A DNA stretch of 62,396 nucleotides, filler included, from Rhabdomonas costata (lineage: Eukaryota), in NCBI GenBank assembly GCA_019059605.1. It is 35 parts of 35 records of this genome, joined end to end, with 100 filler letters (N's around TTAATTAATTAA, not from the genome) between each part and the next. Parts side by side here need not be neighbours in the genome. Positions count along the whole stretch, not along the records: positions 25,006 to 26,691 come from JAHMHO010010675.1; positions 26,792 to 28,478 come from JAHMHO010010676.1; positions 28,579 to 30,264 come from JAHMHO010010677.1; positions 30,365 to 32,047 come from JAHMHO010010678.1; positions 32,148 to 33,834 come from JAHMHO010010679.1; positions 33,935 to 35,620 come from JAHMHO010010680.1; positions 35,721 to 37,406 come from JAHMHO010010681.1; positions 37,507 to 39,192 come from JAHMHO010010682.1; 27 more parts are not named here. One strand, written 5' to 3'. This document shows positions 25,377 to 38,880 of the stretch, in pieces; the first letter of the stretch is position 1; the number at the start of each line of letters is the position of its first letter. The notes beneath the pieces were generated by a model. That model was not told the DNA's origin, ran no database searches, and saw only the letters and a program-made list of their open reading frames with translations. The position numbers were made by a program, and so were the translations under genes.

Positions 25377-26691
25377 ACCGACCATCCTTGGTGTGAGCAA
25401 AGGTGGAGGAATCCAAGTGATGGCCAGGATAGTCCTTATCAAATCGCCGCGGAAGGCTCTCGATGAAGTCCTTCAGCGCCTTGTTCTCTGATGCTAGCCT
25501 CCGGGCCTGCTCTTCGGCTTTGAGGATTTGTTTCACGTCCGGGAAGGCTTCAAGGGCAAGTGCAGGGCGCATGTCCAAAGTCATTGGATCAAGGAGCTTA
25601 ACCTCGGCGGCGTTGTTGGAGAGCACAGCGAGCATGAGGGAAGTCCTGCCCGTACCTGGGTGCGAAATATGCGAAATGTTCGCAGAGGCCCCTGCCCCAA
25701 GACGCTGCTGAACCCTCGAGGTCCTGCCAAGGTGGGCTCCCTCGGCGAGGAGAGTGTAGCCTGTGGCGGAGCATGGCTCATCAATGGCGGGCGGACATGG
25801 TGATGAACTGTTCTAGGTCCACGGGATTCGAGGCAGGAAGCTTCCATGGCAAGGTCAAGGGATCTCACGTTGCGCCAGTGAGCGGTTGAACTCCAACTGC
25901 GGCAGGATCAGAGAGGGGTCTGCCAGGATGGATGCAAAGTCTGCGCCAAACTCCACCAGAAGAACCCCGATGAGCACCGATCTGACGGCATAGGCAGCGC
26001 AAAGCGGTGGGGCTGCGCGGAGGTGAGCCATGCCCCGCACTGGAAGACCCTGCTGGCATTCCACGCTGCCGAACACGTGGCGGTTGGGCTGACGAGTGCA
26101 GAGAGGACTCAGCCTCAGCTTTAGCAACGCCGAATCCCTCAGGGTTTGCGTGGTTTTGCAGAAGCCATTTGACAACGTCGCACTTCTTGAATTCAATCGC
26201 GAGAAGCAGCAAGGTTGTATCGTCCCCACTGGTAGGGTGCTTGACCACCTTGTCCGCCCCAAAGGCCTGCACAAACTTTGCCAGCTTTGGAAGCTGGCTC
26301 TCCTGAATGGCCGTGGCAAGCTCCTGGTGGGGAAGAACGATCATCGCGATGATTTCCTGGGCGTCCTTAGACGAAAGGGAAGAGTCAAAGCAAGAGATGC
26401 AACTCTCTCCTTGGCTGTTGACAATCATGGGATCGCAACGGCCGGAGTCCAACAGAAGCTGAACAACGGCCTTGTGTCCGCGGTAGCAGGCGACATGCAG
26501 GGGGGTGTTGCTATTGCTCACACGGAGCTTCGGATCTGCACCCCACTTCAGGAGGTGCTCAACAGCAGCCTCATTCCCTGCCCGAGCGGCGGTGTAAAGC
26601 AAGGTCGTGCTCACATCACCATCCAAAACAATTTCCATGTTAGCGAGCTCAGGATATGAGCCAAGCAAGGCGACCAATTCAACTGCCTGGT
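25377..26691 (-). CDS. Ankyrin-repeat protein, partial, multi-exon
   Basis: Repeats TLLYTAARAGNEAAVEHLLKWGADP, NTPLHVACYRGHKAVVQLLLDSG, TLLLLAIEFKKCDVVKWLLQNHANP, PPLCAA...LLVEFGAD and (after gtgaga...cag) GRTSLMLAVLSNN. Confidence 0.9.
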
Positions 26692-29600
26692 NNNNNNNNN
26701 NNNNNNNNNNNNNNNNNNNNNNNNNNNNNNNNNNNTTAATTAATTAANNNNNNNNNNNNNNNNNNNNNNNNNNNNNNNNNNNNNNNNNNNNGCCTCGGGG
26801 CGCATCTTAACGATCCTAACGTAGTCTCTTTGCTCTCTGCCTGTTTCAGACTTCCCGGACTCCATAGCAGAGCTTCAGAAAGATCTCGAGGTCACCCGGG
26901 CCGGACACGCCTCGACGTCCCATTTCGTTTCCCGCATGTGGTCCTGCGCTTGCCTTTTGGTCGCATTGCCCAGCAATCAACAGGTTGTGGTGAGAGGGCT
27001 CGGCTTCCCGAACCCCTACTGGGGCTCAGGGCCGGGCTGACTGATATTTACTTTACAACAAACTTTGCTGATTTGGTAGAAATTTAGTTCTCTTTCCCAA
27101 TCCCGAAACAAAAACCTTTAGGAACCAAAAGACAATTCCAATTTAGATTCCTTTTGTTATGGTCAGCGCGGTAGCAAATTTCAAAACAAGCCGGTATGGT
27201 CAAGTGACCAAAAGGTCCGCGGGGGAAAGCGGTACCCTAGGAAACCAAAAGCAGGAAGAAAAGCACGAAAAGACAATGGGTGTTGTGCACGGAAAAGACG
27301 GTGACAACGGTCAAGGGGGAATGGCCAGAAAGGGCATTTGTCGGTTTCCGTTCCATCCGGCATTAGCGGTGCGAATATCTGTCTGCTTTTATCCCGTCCG
27401 TGTCATCACAGGAACTACCCATGCCCAATGTTTGGAATTAAAAAAACAAACTTCAACCATCGACCGCAAGCTTCCAGAACGTGTCGCTTTTCGTGGCCCC
27501 ACGGATGTCCACCTGGATTGCCATCACGCCCGACTTCCGCGCAACCAGAACGCGCAAATCGATTGTAGATAGGCTCCGCTCGTAATCCACTTCGTTGGTA
27601 GATTTCAGAACCACCCAAACGCTTGCTACAAGTGGCTTTGGCGCTTGAGCCGCTGGAAGAACGTCCCGGTTCACGCTTGCGATGGTCTTCTTGGGTTGTT
27701 GTGGTCTCAGTTGTTTAACGTTTGCATTGAATAATATCATGCCAGGTCCAAGAAAAAGGCAGCTTATTCCTGGCTTCTAATTTGGTGTTGTTATGCAAGG
27801 CAGCGCGGTTTATATACATAATGTCTTTTTGTTCTTTTCTATATCACAATAATTCTAGTGAGACGGTGGGTTCTTAACACGCCTAAGTCCCCTTTCGTCA
27901 CGAGCGTTAGCTGATGTAATGCGTGCGGTTTCCCCCATTTCAAAGACAGGCGTCGTTCCAACAATGAATGTATGACAATTCAAGTGGCCCCCGCTCAATT
28001 CGCAACTGTGGTAGTAACAAGGACGGGGTTTTGCCGTATTCCCCTCATTTGTTCCCGCATTATTTACTGTGCCCTCATTTTTCACTTTTTGCTTCGTTCC
28101 ACCTTGCCCTGTTAATAAGACATTTGGCTTCTCCTCGCAACGGTAAACGGGCACAGACAGAACTAATCAAGAACGGAAACATGAAACGTGCCTTCCGAGT
28201 GGCGCGGCCGTTTTACCATTTCATTTTTCGACTGCCACATGAGAATTCGGGAAAGAGTAAAGACGCGAAAGAACAAAGCAATTACGGGAAAAGTGTTACG
28301 GTCCAGATCACCCAGGTGTTCCACATCCAGAGAAAAAGGGGAAAAGTCACGTGCGTGGGACACAGACATTTTCCAGAGGTTTCCAGAGTGCCCTTTTGTC
28401 AAGGGTCAGCTGAGACAGAAGTCGAAGCTCAGCCCCTCGTGAGCCAGCTCCTGGCCAGGCCATGGGTCAGGCTATATANNNNNNNNNNNNNNNNNNNNNN
28501 NNNNNNNNNNNNNNNNNNNNNNTTAATTAATTAANNNNNNNNNNNNNNNNNNNNNNNNNNNNNNNNNNNNNNNNNNNNTGTGGTGGGTGTGGCCTTTTTT
28601 CATTGAAAATGGCCACAACCACCATTGGCACCACAGGCACAAGAGCTGAAATGGCTTAAAAACGATCTTAAAAGCCCCTAAGAGGTGCGCTAACGCCTCA
28701 CGCAAATGTGTAGTCTGAAAATCTAAAGTAGTCCTGGGTACCATCATTGGACACACTAAGGACCTCGGTCTGAGAGCTTGAGCGCTGGTCTTGACCATGA
28801 AAGGGTTCTTTGTAATTTTCTAAGTCGAAAGGCCCATTTGACAATTTTTTTTGAACCCAGGCCACCCTATTCGGCACCAATCAAGAAGAGTGTATCGGAG
28901 ATCTTTTTTCGCGCAAACGAAACTTTTGTCCTGATGACATGGGCTTTGTCTCCTGATGACATACTCATGACACATTGCTGATGAAACCGTTTTGTACAAT
29001 TTAAGTGCTGGTATTCGTATCCCAAAACCCTCTAATGAAGTGTTCCGTTTACTGGCCTAAGTCCTAAACCGTAACGGCCACCGTAGTGGCTGGAGGTGAG
29101 CTTGGTCTGACACCACGCCCCTGCGTTGGGTACGTCAACTTAGCCTCCAGTGGTGGACATGAACCCACGTCAGAAGCATGTGGTAGTAGTGCTGGAAAGG
29201 TGACCCAAGATCGACCCGCTGTGGGCTTGCAAACCCACCGTAGGGAACAATAAACCCACTCCACACACACACACGAGGAAAGTGATTGAAGTGAGGTGCT
29301 ACCGGTGACACAACATCACTCACACCCTTCCACCCGAATCATGCCATCGATGTTGGTACGGATGAGTGTAACGGCCTACGTCCTAAACCGTAACGGCCTA
29401 ACAGGCACACAGACCTCTCCACCGAGGCGCTTTGGAGGCATTTTGGACATACCCCTGCCGCCGCATGCCTCCTGTTCCTCCCTACGATCTTCCACCAAAT
29501 CGTATAACACCAATATGAGTAACATGTATAGACAACGCTGTTAACCGCATACCGTACCACTCCCCCCCTGGCGCAAGGGTTTGGGTTCCAAGAGATAAAA

Positions 29601-30902
29601 GGCGACGCATCAGTCGTTATGAAGCCGATAAAAGCGAGTAAGATAGAGGTACGGCTTTCACACACGGTCTTCAGAGAACGCAAGCGGGAAAGAGGATGAA
29701 AGAAAATCCATCAATGCAGCGGACTGAGGCGGTAGCGACATGAAAAGCACGCCAACATTCAACGCACATATTAACAGAAGAGCTTGGAAATCTTCTTGCA
29801 TGCACCGGAACACCACAGCAAGGACTGCATCACGTTGAACAGGGACATCTCTCGTTGGAAGAACAAGGAGTTGCTACTGCTCTGCACCAAACGACTGTCC
29901 CATAGCGTTATGAAATGTAGCCGTGCGCAGAAAGGGCAGCGCAATCTTCCTTGGGATGACCTGCTCTCGGCTCACACCCAACCTGCGTTGAACCCAAAAA
30001 CAAAGGACAAGCAAAAATTGACAAGAAATCAAACTAAAACTTTGGAAATGTTGACTCCTCTGGCATACTGAGACCGAGCGAAACCTGGCTTTGAATTAAA
30101 ACTAAAATTGACAGATTTTATCTTCTGAGGTATGGGTTCACTCAAACACCTTAACTACTCAACAGGAACACTGCTCTATGGCAGAAAAAGCAAGGAGCAT
30201 TCCGGTCCACTTTGGTGCCAGCATCAGGTGCTGACTGGCCTACCTTGGAGTACACCCCCCACACNNNNNNNNNNNNNNNNNNNNNNNNNNNNNNNNNNNN
30301 NNNNNNNNTTAATTAATTAANNNNNNNNNNNNNNNNNNNNNNNNNNNNNNNNNNNNNNNNNNNNTGTGTGGGGGAGGGGGTGCATTGTTTAGCGGCCGCA
30401 GTGAACGCAATTGCACACGCTCTCACACACGGCCGCTAAACAATGCACCCCCTCCCCGGCTCGCTGATCAGCTGATCAGAGCAATTGACGCATCCCGTGC
30501 CACATCTCACTACATCTCACTGGCAGCAACAGCAACGACTAGCCCCCGAGCCTCAGCAGTGCGGTGCCTTCTGATCACAATAGATGCTTTGTACGACAAA
30601 CGATAGTGACCAGTCAGGACTGTGCGGTTGTGGTGCGACAAAATAATTTACAGCAGAAAAACACAAGGCTCACCAAGTTACAAGAAGTTACAAGGTGATA
30701 GGTATTAGAAGAGGGACATGACAAAGAGAAGGGGAAGGAGAGGGAAGAACCAGAGCTGAAAGGAGATGAACGGTGGTGAATCAGGGAGAATCCGTGCGGA
30801 AAAAAGAGGCCAATTCAGCAAATCAGACACAGCGTTGGGTACTGAGAAAGTTTCGCTCCGAGGGAACGTGCGTGGGAATACGCGCCCTTGCCGCGTGTGC
30901 AG

Positions 30903-31100
30903 TGAGCACGTCCGCCCTGGTCACCAGCCTGTCCCTGATGGGCCTGATGTCCATCGACGTGCACGCGGTGCCCGGGGCCGCAGCTGGCGCCCTGGCCCTG
31001 GTCTCGGATATCCTCCACAGCGGACGGGATACTGCGGACGCCACCATCGCCTCCGCTAGCCAGCCCCTCATCGTCAACATCATCGGCAACATCCTCACAG
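30903..31100 (+). CDS. Internal exon of a probable surface protein (REJ/PKD1-like helical region, tentative)
   Basis: GC3-rich 198-nt exon STSALVTSLSL...AAAGALALVSDIL...IVNIIGNILT. Bounded by cag| and a putative GC donor (gcgcgg). Confidence 0.4.
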
Positions 31101-34011
31101 GCGCGGCGCATTTTCATTTGGACGCGCACCCCCCCCCCCACATACATTTTTGTGCCGCTGTTTTGCGTGGAGGACACTCGACGCTTGCTAAGGGCCCTAA
31201 TTGCTGGTATCCTATTTATTGCCAGAATCTGTCCCACATACACAAGTTATCTCAGATAAAGAGGGGCGCGAGAAGCTTTTGGGGGAGAGGGGGGGGTGCA
31301 ACGAATTGCCACAGCTGCCATACCGCGTAGGCCCTTCTGGGAGTTGGACAGAAGTTGGGTTGGGGAGTTGCGTTTAGGATCCCTTCGGGAATACATACCT
31401 AACCTAATTAACTTTCGAAAACTCACCCGTTGACTTTCTCTTTCACCCCCTACTGCTGTCTTCCCTTTCCATGATTTCCGTGCATATTGACGTGAGGTGT
31501 TGGCCCTCCACACCCAGGTTATCAGGTCGAGGCCTACGGGTTGCCAATTCTGGCGGACGTCCCTGAGGTGGCCACTTACAACGCTTCGGCGTTCACTTCG
31601 GTGTGTTTTTTTTGCCGGGGCCACCTGAGCAGAGGTTTTTATCAGAGGTCGATTAGTCGTGTTTTTTATTTGCAAGTGGTGTCGAAAAACGTAAATTTAA
31701 TGGAAAAGGCTGTTGTTGGATTGCGATTGAAATGCTAAATTCGAACAGCCTGGTTGTTTGCTGGCGACAAAATGACCTTTTTCTCGATGGTGGCCGTGAT
31801 GATAATGATGATGATGAGAGTCTCGAGAATTTTCGCAGCCTTTTCCAGACTTCGAAACGACTTATTTTTAATGTCCTCTAAATTTCGTCTTTTGATTTTC
31901 CGTGGCCGCAGCAGAAATATCGGCTGCAATTCTTGCTTTTAACGTGACTGGAGCCGTAATTTTTGCATCCTGATCAGTGCCCTTTTTCCCGACCAGGGGC
32001 GCTCTCTCCGCACGCCTCGTTCTCTCAGTCTCTCTCTCTCTCTCTCANNNNNNNNNNNNNNNNNNNNNNNNNNNNNNNNNNNNNNNNNNNNTTAATTAAT
32101 TAANNNNNNNNNNNNNNNNNNNNNNNNNNNNNNNNNNNNNNNNNNNNCTGTTGACGTTGTGTTTTTTGTGATCTTTCTTTTGTGAGTTGGCAACTGCCTT
32201 CTCGCAGCAACCCTGAAGGTGTTGTAGGGTCTGTCGTTTGGTGTGGCGTAGGGTGTGTTGGTAGGGTCGTTGGGTCGTAGGGTTAGCGCTTGTTAGTCAT
32301 GGTGCCGTTGGTCTTGGTGTCGAAGTGTGTGCTGGGTCTGGTGGTTCATGCTATGTCTGTCTGCTTCCTTGTTGTTGGCAACTCTAACAATGCTCTCAGT
32401 GTTCGTGTCAACCATGCTCTCTGTACCTGTATGTGTCAAGGCTTAGTGTGTTCCTGATGTCAAGCTGAGTCGTAGGGTGTGTGGTAAGGGTGGTTGGTGT
32501 GGTGGTGTTACCGGATGTAAGGGTTGGTGTTGGTGGTGATTGCGTTCCGGTCTCAGCCTCTGTTTGTGTCTCCTGGCCTTCCCCAACCATGCTCACTCGG
32601 TCTCACGGTCTCATGCCTTGCTGCCTCTGTTCATGTTCGCGTATCTGTCATGGCTTCATGGTGTTGGTGTGTTGGCGTAACGGTCTCTGTCTCTACTGCT
32701 TCGTAAGTGCTTCTGTTGTTGGTGTTGTTGCTACCGCTTGTCAAGTGCTTGTTGTTGTCAGCGTCTCCGATGGTGTGGTGTACCGGCTCTGTGTCCATGG
32801 CTGTGTAAGGGTGGTATTCTGTGTCTTTTCGTGCATTTATGACGGTTGTAGTGTGGTTGCATTTGTCTTCTGGTGGCCAGGGGTCTGAGGGTGTGTCTTC
32901 GGGTGTCTTTCTGTATCAAGGGCTGTGTAAGGATGGTGTGTAACGGTATTCCTACGCGCATTGTGAAGGGGTTCGTGTGTGAGAGGGTGTCAAGGGGTTC
33001 TGTAAGGGGTGTCTTGCTGGAGAGTGCCGGTCGTGAGGTCGCTGCGCTCCATCCGTCCCTATGAGTGATGCCTCGGTCTCTCCACCACCATAAGATGCCT
33101 ACGAGACCTCTGAAGCCAAGCTGAGGACCTGATGCTATCCTTACTCGATGCCTTGTAAGTGATGGGGCCCCTTCCTTAACGCTTCGTCGCTACGCTCCTC
33201 GCTTAGTTTACCAGGTCGTCAATCGCTACGCCCGTTCCTCCTAGAAGTTGAACTCAAGGGGTGGAGAAGAATACCTGATGTAAGGATGCCATCCTTCCAT
33301 CCTATCCCCCTGAGGGGGTGAAGGGACCATCATGAGAGCGAAGTGACACGTGTAGGTGAGGGTGGTGGGGGGAGGGGGCTCGAAGGACTGAGAGACCCGA
33401 CAAGTGATGGGTTCTTGATGTCGGGATGCCTCGACCTACGGTCTCAGCATCCCTTCTACATGTGGATGTTCAGTCGTTACGTCGTTGTGTCCGGCACATG
33501 TGAAACAAACTACCTTGCTTGAATCGTTCTCCAGAAAACCTCATTCAATTAATTTGTCCCCGATAATGATAGCGTCAGGGTCAGTTAGCGTTAAAGTCCG
33601 GTCTACCTGATCTACTCTGTGTTTTAACCCTTTTGATTTTAGTTAACCGAGAACTTCTTCTGGGTATGATCCCAGTTTTCTTTCTCTCTTCCACTGAAGT
33701 GAAGAATCATCGGTAGGGAATCACAGTTCACACGGTAAGTTCAACACAGGAAGATTGAAAGAAGGAGAAGGGACTAACAGGAAAAGAAAAACACCCCGCC
33801 TGATCCCGAGACGTCGGTTGGCGGTTGGGATTTTNNNNNNNNNNNNNNNNNNNNNNNNNNNNNNNNNNNNNNNNNNNNTTAATTAATTAANNNNNNNNNN
33901 NNNNNNNNNNNNNNNNNNNNNNNNNNNNNNNNNNGGGTGGTTGTAAAGGAGAAGAAGAAGCTTGCACCGTTGCGTCCCATCGGATGAATTCGGTAAGCTC
34001 TTATCTTATCC

Positions 34012-34640
34012 TTATCCAAGCTTCTTCTTCTCCTTTACAATCAACTTCTTCAGCTGCTCCACAGTTTTACGGATGCCATCAGGGGCGGGGCGGTTATAAG
34101 TGGTGGTGTCCCCTCGCAGGAGGGACTTCCCTTCCAAGAGGACCTCAAAGGCATCCAGATCCTTGACCTCCTCAAGCCGCACACCGAACTTCGAGGCCTC
34201 CAGGCGCTCCTTCAGAGGAATCAAACTTTGAGGTCTGTGCAATAGTGGGCCACAGCGAGAGACTTTTACAGCAAAGAAAAGGAGAACTAGCTCACAAGGC
34301 GGGGTGCAGGGGGAGGTACATATCAAAAGATGACAGCGAAAGTGTTGATGGGAAACCGTCTTTGGTAAATATGCTATCGTAAAAGACGAAGATAAAATGT
34401 GAAGTCCTGGTGGTCCGTGAATTTTCACGAACGGGGCCTGTACGTACAGAGCTAGTTGGGTGCGGTCCCCCAAGAAGACAACGCAGGTGGCATACTTGAA
34501 AATCCAAACCCTGCAGGAATGTCCGATCAAAAGAAGACACAGCTAAGATAAAGGGATCGTACCGGTGTGCAAGCCGTCCTCACTTCATGTATGGCCCGTG
34601 GCGAATCACCAGCGTGGGCCAGGTTGGAGGAGCTGCCTTG
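34012..34640 (-). CDS. UPF0728/C10orf53-like small protein, C-terminal 3 exons (~34640-34584, 34510-34448, 34234-34012)
   Basis: Spliced TLVIRHGPYMK|VWIFKYATCVVFLGDRTQLAL|PQSLIPLKERLEASKFGVRLEEVKDLDAFEVLLEGKSLLRGD... resembles the V.IRYGPY ... L.GL...L....V.LE.I.D...VEL.VN pattern. Both introns are GT-AG and phase-compatible. Confidence 0.55.
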
Positions 34641-37600
34641 ACATTGTGTGTCTCGGGTAACGGGGTAGCATCACACATTTTCAACCACACGTTCACTGCG
34701 CCAACTTTCTTTCCACTTGGTATTCCTGGAAAATCAATGCGTCGCTCAAATTGTACGCAACTTCGAACAGAGGAATGGGATAATCTACTAAAGGAAAAAT
34801 GGCAGGGCATTTCATCTTCATGTCGCGAAATAAGGGTGAGAGCCAAGCACCGAGGGTACACATTTTTTGCTATGGCACCCGGACGGACATGTGTTGTTCT
34901 CCTTGGGCACAGCGCAAGCGCTAATCCAAAAATGATCGTTACAGAAAAAAAAAAGAAGAACAACTCCAGGTCATGTATCAGTGTCATTTTGGGGGAGGAT
35001 GTTAGAACGCAATGCTGGGATAATACTTTGCCTGCGAGCAGCATATATGTCTTGCATGTGTGTTTTCTTATTTCAAGGATTTCTTTCCTTACTTGACGGA
35101 ATGCATTCGGGATGGACAATTCCTGATAATTTCATTGTTTTGTCTTCAACCAGGGATTTACGTAATCCCAGGGACCCCTTGCTAAACATGAGAATGCGAT
35201 GCGCACAGGGTCTTAAAATAGTTCGACTGACAGATAAAAACTGCGTTCTTAGAGCATCGTGACTGGAGTAAAATGCCGGTTCTTTTGGATATCGCATCCC
35301 CAAAACCCATTCCAAAGAAGATGCGAGTCAACAGACTCACATGGCAAAGCAGAGCCAAAGGACCGGTTTGGAGCCCAATCCGCCCTCCCAATGTGCACGC
35401 ACCCCAAACAACACACAGGCACACAGGGTTGGAGACGTCCACGGGTGGTCTCCGAAGGGCACGCCCAGACCAGGCCAGCTTCACCAAGCCGCGGTGAACA
35501 CCATCTGAGCTGCAGGGTTCCACTAATGTCTGGGGTTTGCCCCACAGCCCTTCACAGTCCGCAGCTAGGTGAACGCCAGCAGTCAGCGAACCCACGGAGA
35601 AAAAAACAGTACCACACCACNNNNNNNNNNNNNNNNNNNNNNNNNNNNNNNNNNNNNNNNNNNNTTAATTAATTAANNNNNNNNNNNNNNNNNNNNNNNN
35701 NNNNNNNNNNNNNNNNNNNNTTGTTTGTTGTAAGCCAGAAAAGTTAGGACCGCATTGTGTGGGTTCAGTGGGAGACCCATCTCTCAGTGAAAGCTTGCGT
35801 TTAGCTGCGAGAAGGGCGGCCCCGTTTTTTGTCAGATCCTGGGCAAGCTCGAGGACTCCGTGCAGGCCTCTCAGAAGGCCTCTGACGACCTGTGGGGCAT
35901 GTTGGAGCGCAAGGTTGCCTCCCTGCTCGCATCCTTGCTTATGCCTGTGGCGAGACGAAGGGATGGAGGGCAGAAGAGACCCTTTTAAAACTGGTTTACT
36001 CAGGCGTCTGGTCACTGTCATAAAGGTGCCATATAGCCCCCCCTTCCCGAAATCCATCCTTTTGATGGGACGAGTGAGGAGAAGCTTTGGCCAGCCTGCG
36101 GAACGTACCAAAGCACGCCTCTGTTGAACACAGCAACCGTTTTCCACAGAAGTGAATAACGCCCAAGTGCCTGGTTTATTTTGACCGCAAAATAAAGCAG
36201 TTTACATCATCGCAATGAAAGAGCTTATGGTTTGGCGGCAAAAAGGATATCCAACGCCAAAAGCGGGGTGATTGACAGTCACCATGATAACCTCCTTTTG
36301 GAAATACGTTGCGCAGTATTCTCTCACTTGTTGGGTGTTGCCTTCTTTTTTGTGCCCCCATCTTTTCTCCCGCTAACATGCGCCTTTTCATGATTACCGT
36401 GATCGAAGAGCCCGTTCATTGAGTCCCCCCAACCATTTTTCACGCACGCACAACCGGTTTCCCAGGTTCTTTCGAAGTTGGAAGAGCTGCGCACCTTCGA
36501 GGAGGTTGACGTACTGCAGTGCAGCGGCTTCGAGGACAAGGCGTGTTACACTCCAATACCTTTCTCCTGTCAGACAGGAAGGGGATGAAGGGGAGGACAG
36601 ACAGAGAAACTGTCATTCAGGTTGCAGGTTTTGGGTTCAGTGTGACCAATCCCCCTGGCTGGTTGCGCTTGCTTCCCAACACAGGTTGCACTGAAGATCA
36701 AGGACTCCCTTCATCAGCAGACACTGACGGACTTACAGTGCAGTGCTCTGGAGACGAAGGTTTGGCAAAAATGGGAAGCTGGGAGATACTTGCTTGCCCT
36801 GTGTGCCCTTGGTCTACTGGAAGGAGGTGTGCAGGTTGTCCTGTCAACTCAGTTGCCTGTTGTGCCTCGCGGTGCCCTGTTTTTTTCATTCGTAGCTGCT
36901 CTCCGCGTTGAAGATGCATGCGCTGAGCATTGTCAGTGTACAAAAAACCGAAGTATGTCGCCCCAGGTCTCTCCAGGACTTTTTTCTCGTTTTTTGGGAC
37001 CATTGCTTTTTATGCCGCTCTTTTTTTATATTGTGTGGCTTAAGTTTTTTTCACCACCTTTCTGCCTTGTGTCAAACTTGTCAGCCTATTTTCCATCTCA
37101 CTTGCATAGGTCCGGATTTGTCGTTCGATTGGCCTATTTTGGCTGCCTTACCGTTTTTCTCTTGTTCAGTTGAAGTTTTTCAACCTCCACGAACTACAAA
37201 TTGCTGAGCTGGCCAAAGCAGTCGCCCTACAAGTGTGAATATGTGTGTGTGTGTTATGTTTTTGGGTGTCCACAGTTAATATTGCATTATTGTTTTTATC
37301 AGTGTTCAACCCAGCGAGCAGAAAAAAGGAAAAAGGAAAAAAAAAAGGAAGAAACCATGAAAGAAGAGGGAGAGGGGAGACAAAACAACCCAAACACACC
37401 CACCACNNNNNNNNNNNNNNNNNNNNNNNNNNNNNNNNNNNNNNNNNNNNTTAATTAATTAANNNNNNNNNNNNNNNNNNNNNNNNNNNNNNNNNNNNNN
37501 NNNNNNTAAGTTTTCGCACTCGCAAATATTACACCGCCCCCCTCCCCAGCGTCAATTGGTCCCATCAGAGAAAACTATGGTCATGTGGACCCTTCCTTTT

Positions 37601-37813
37601 TTAAAACAACCTTCAATGGAAATTTGTTGGGAGGGGGGGATGACAGAGACCCCCAGCCAATTTACTACGCACCTGAGTTATCTCAAGGTGACAGGGGTCA
37701 AAAGGGGTTCCCCCATGCTCGTTCGCACAGTTATTTTCTTGCTTTCCATTCTTTCGGCGTACTGAGCTGAGCAATCATCACAGGAGGGCTTATGAAACCA
37801 GGTGGTGGATGAC

Positions 37814-38880
37814 CTGCACGACATCTCGGGCGTGCACGTCGATCACAATCAGGGTTCCGACGCACTGCCTCTGCAGGCGGGTCAGGCTGCCCTTAACCAG
37901 CTCCACGGTGCCCTCAATCTGGGTGACGTAGGACTGGAGGTACCCCGAGAGGGCGTCCGGGGACTCGCGCAGCGCGGACAGGGCCTGCTCCACCTCCATC
38001 GTCCACACCACCTGGTCGATCACCACGATACACATAGCCGGGAACTCGAAGTACCACTGCGCCCGGGTGGTCTCCCAGTAGGCCTTCTGGCAGACCTGTG
38101 AAGCAGTGACACACAAACACACACACACACACACACACCGCATTTTCGGCATGAGCAGGTATGAGAATGACTGCCAGTTGCTTGGGTGTTGAGCGGGAGG
38201 TATGCGAGGTATGCAGATGCAGACTAATCGGGCTGATGCAAAAGTTGTCTGACTATTTCACGCCCAGTGAGCTTCTGCTCTGCTCCTGTGCCCGGAGTTG
38301 GCTGGCTGGTGTTGTATGTGACTGGTCGTGTTTGGCGTTTTTTAGAGGCTATAAGTGCAAAAAAAAAAGTTGGGAAAAATCAAAGCGCGAAATCGCGGGG
38401 TATCGGAAAATTCATAACGAAGCTCGTAGATGTCGTAGAAATCGCCTCAGGGGACACCACTATGACTCTCGGGGTGGGAAGGGGGAAGGACGAGACAGGG
38501 TCCTGCAGAGAGCGAGTGTGTGTGTATGTGCGTGTGTGCGTGCGTGTGTGGAACTTCACCTTGAGCTGATCCTTCACCGTGCGGCGCATCATGGCCTCGA
38601 TCTGGCTCAGCCAGCTCTCCACGTTGCCTCGGGCCTGCACGGGGGCGCTGAAGGGCACCCACTCGTCCTCCCCGCTGATCATCCCCAGGATCTCATGCGT
38701 GCTGCCGGGCTTGAACCGCAGCTCCTTCATGTTGTCAAAGCACTTGCGGAGATGGGGCTGGACGGCGACAGGGTTGCGGACGTCAGACAGGATCTGCAGA
38801 AGCTCGTCATTGCTGAGGAAGTAGAACCGCGGGAAGGCGGCACGCTTGGTCTCCAGATAATCCTCGAGCTTCTTTTGAAC
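37814..38880 (-). CDS. Axonemal dynein heavy chain (linker/DHC_N2 region), 2 exons (38880-38560, 38095-37814)
   Basis: VQKKLEDYLETKRAAFPRFYFLSNDELLQILS...VQPHLRKCFDN...GNVESWLSQIE|...LIVIDVHARDVV are canonical axonemal (inner-arm-like) DHC motifs. Confidence 0.96.

Noticed and set aside
28915-28990. Three CTGATGA motifs with an upstream GAAAC-TTTT-GTC, hammerhead-ribozyme-like
   Set aside because: There is no stem I between GTC and CTGATGA and no stem II closure. Other CTGATGA sites (8313, 21134, 50673 minus strand) also fail to fold.
30369-30457. ~27-bp inverted repeat
   Set aside because: Located at the contig start, consistent with the same artefact.
32481-32888. 135-aa Val/Cys-rich ORF
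   Set aside because: It is a by-product of G/T strand bias. The opposite strand has multiple stops and no recognisable motif.
33941-34040. 24-bp perfect inverted repeat
   Set aside because: One arm is a copy of the coding 3' end of the UPF0728-like gene placed at the contig start, which indicates fold-back chimerism.
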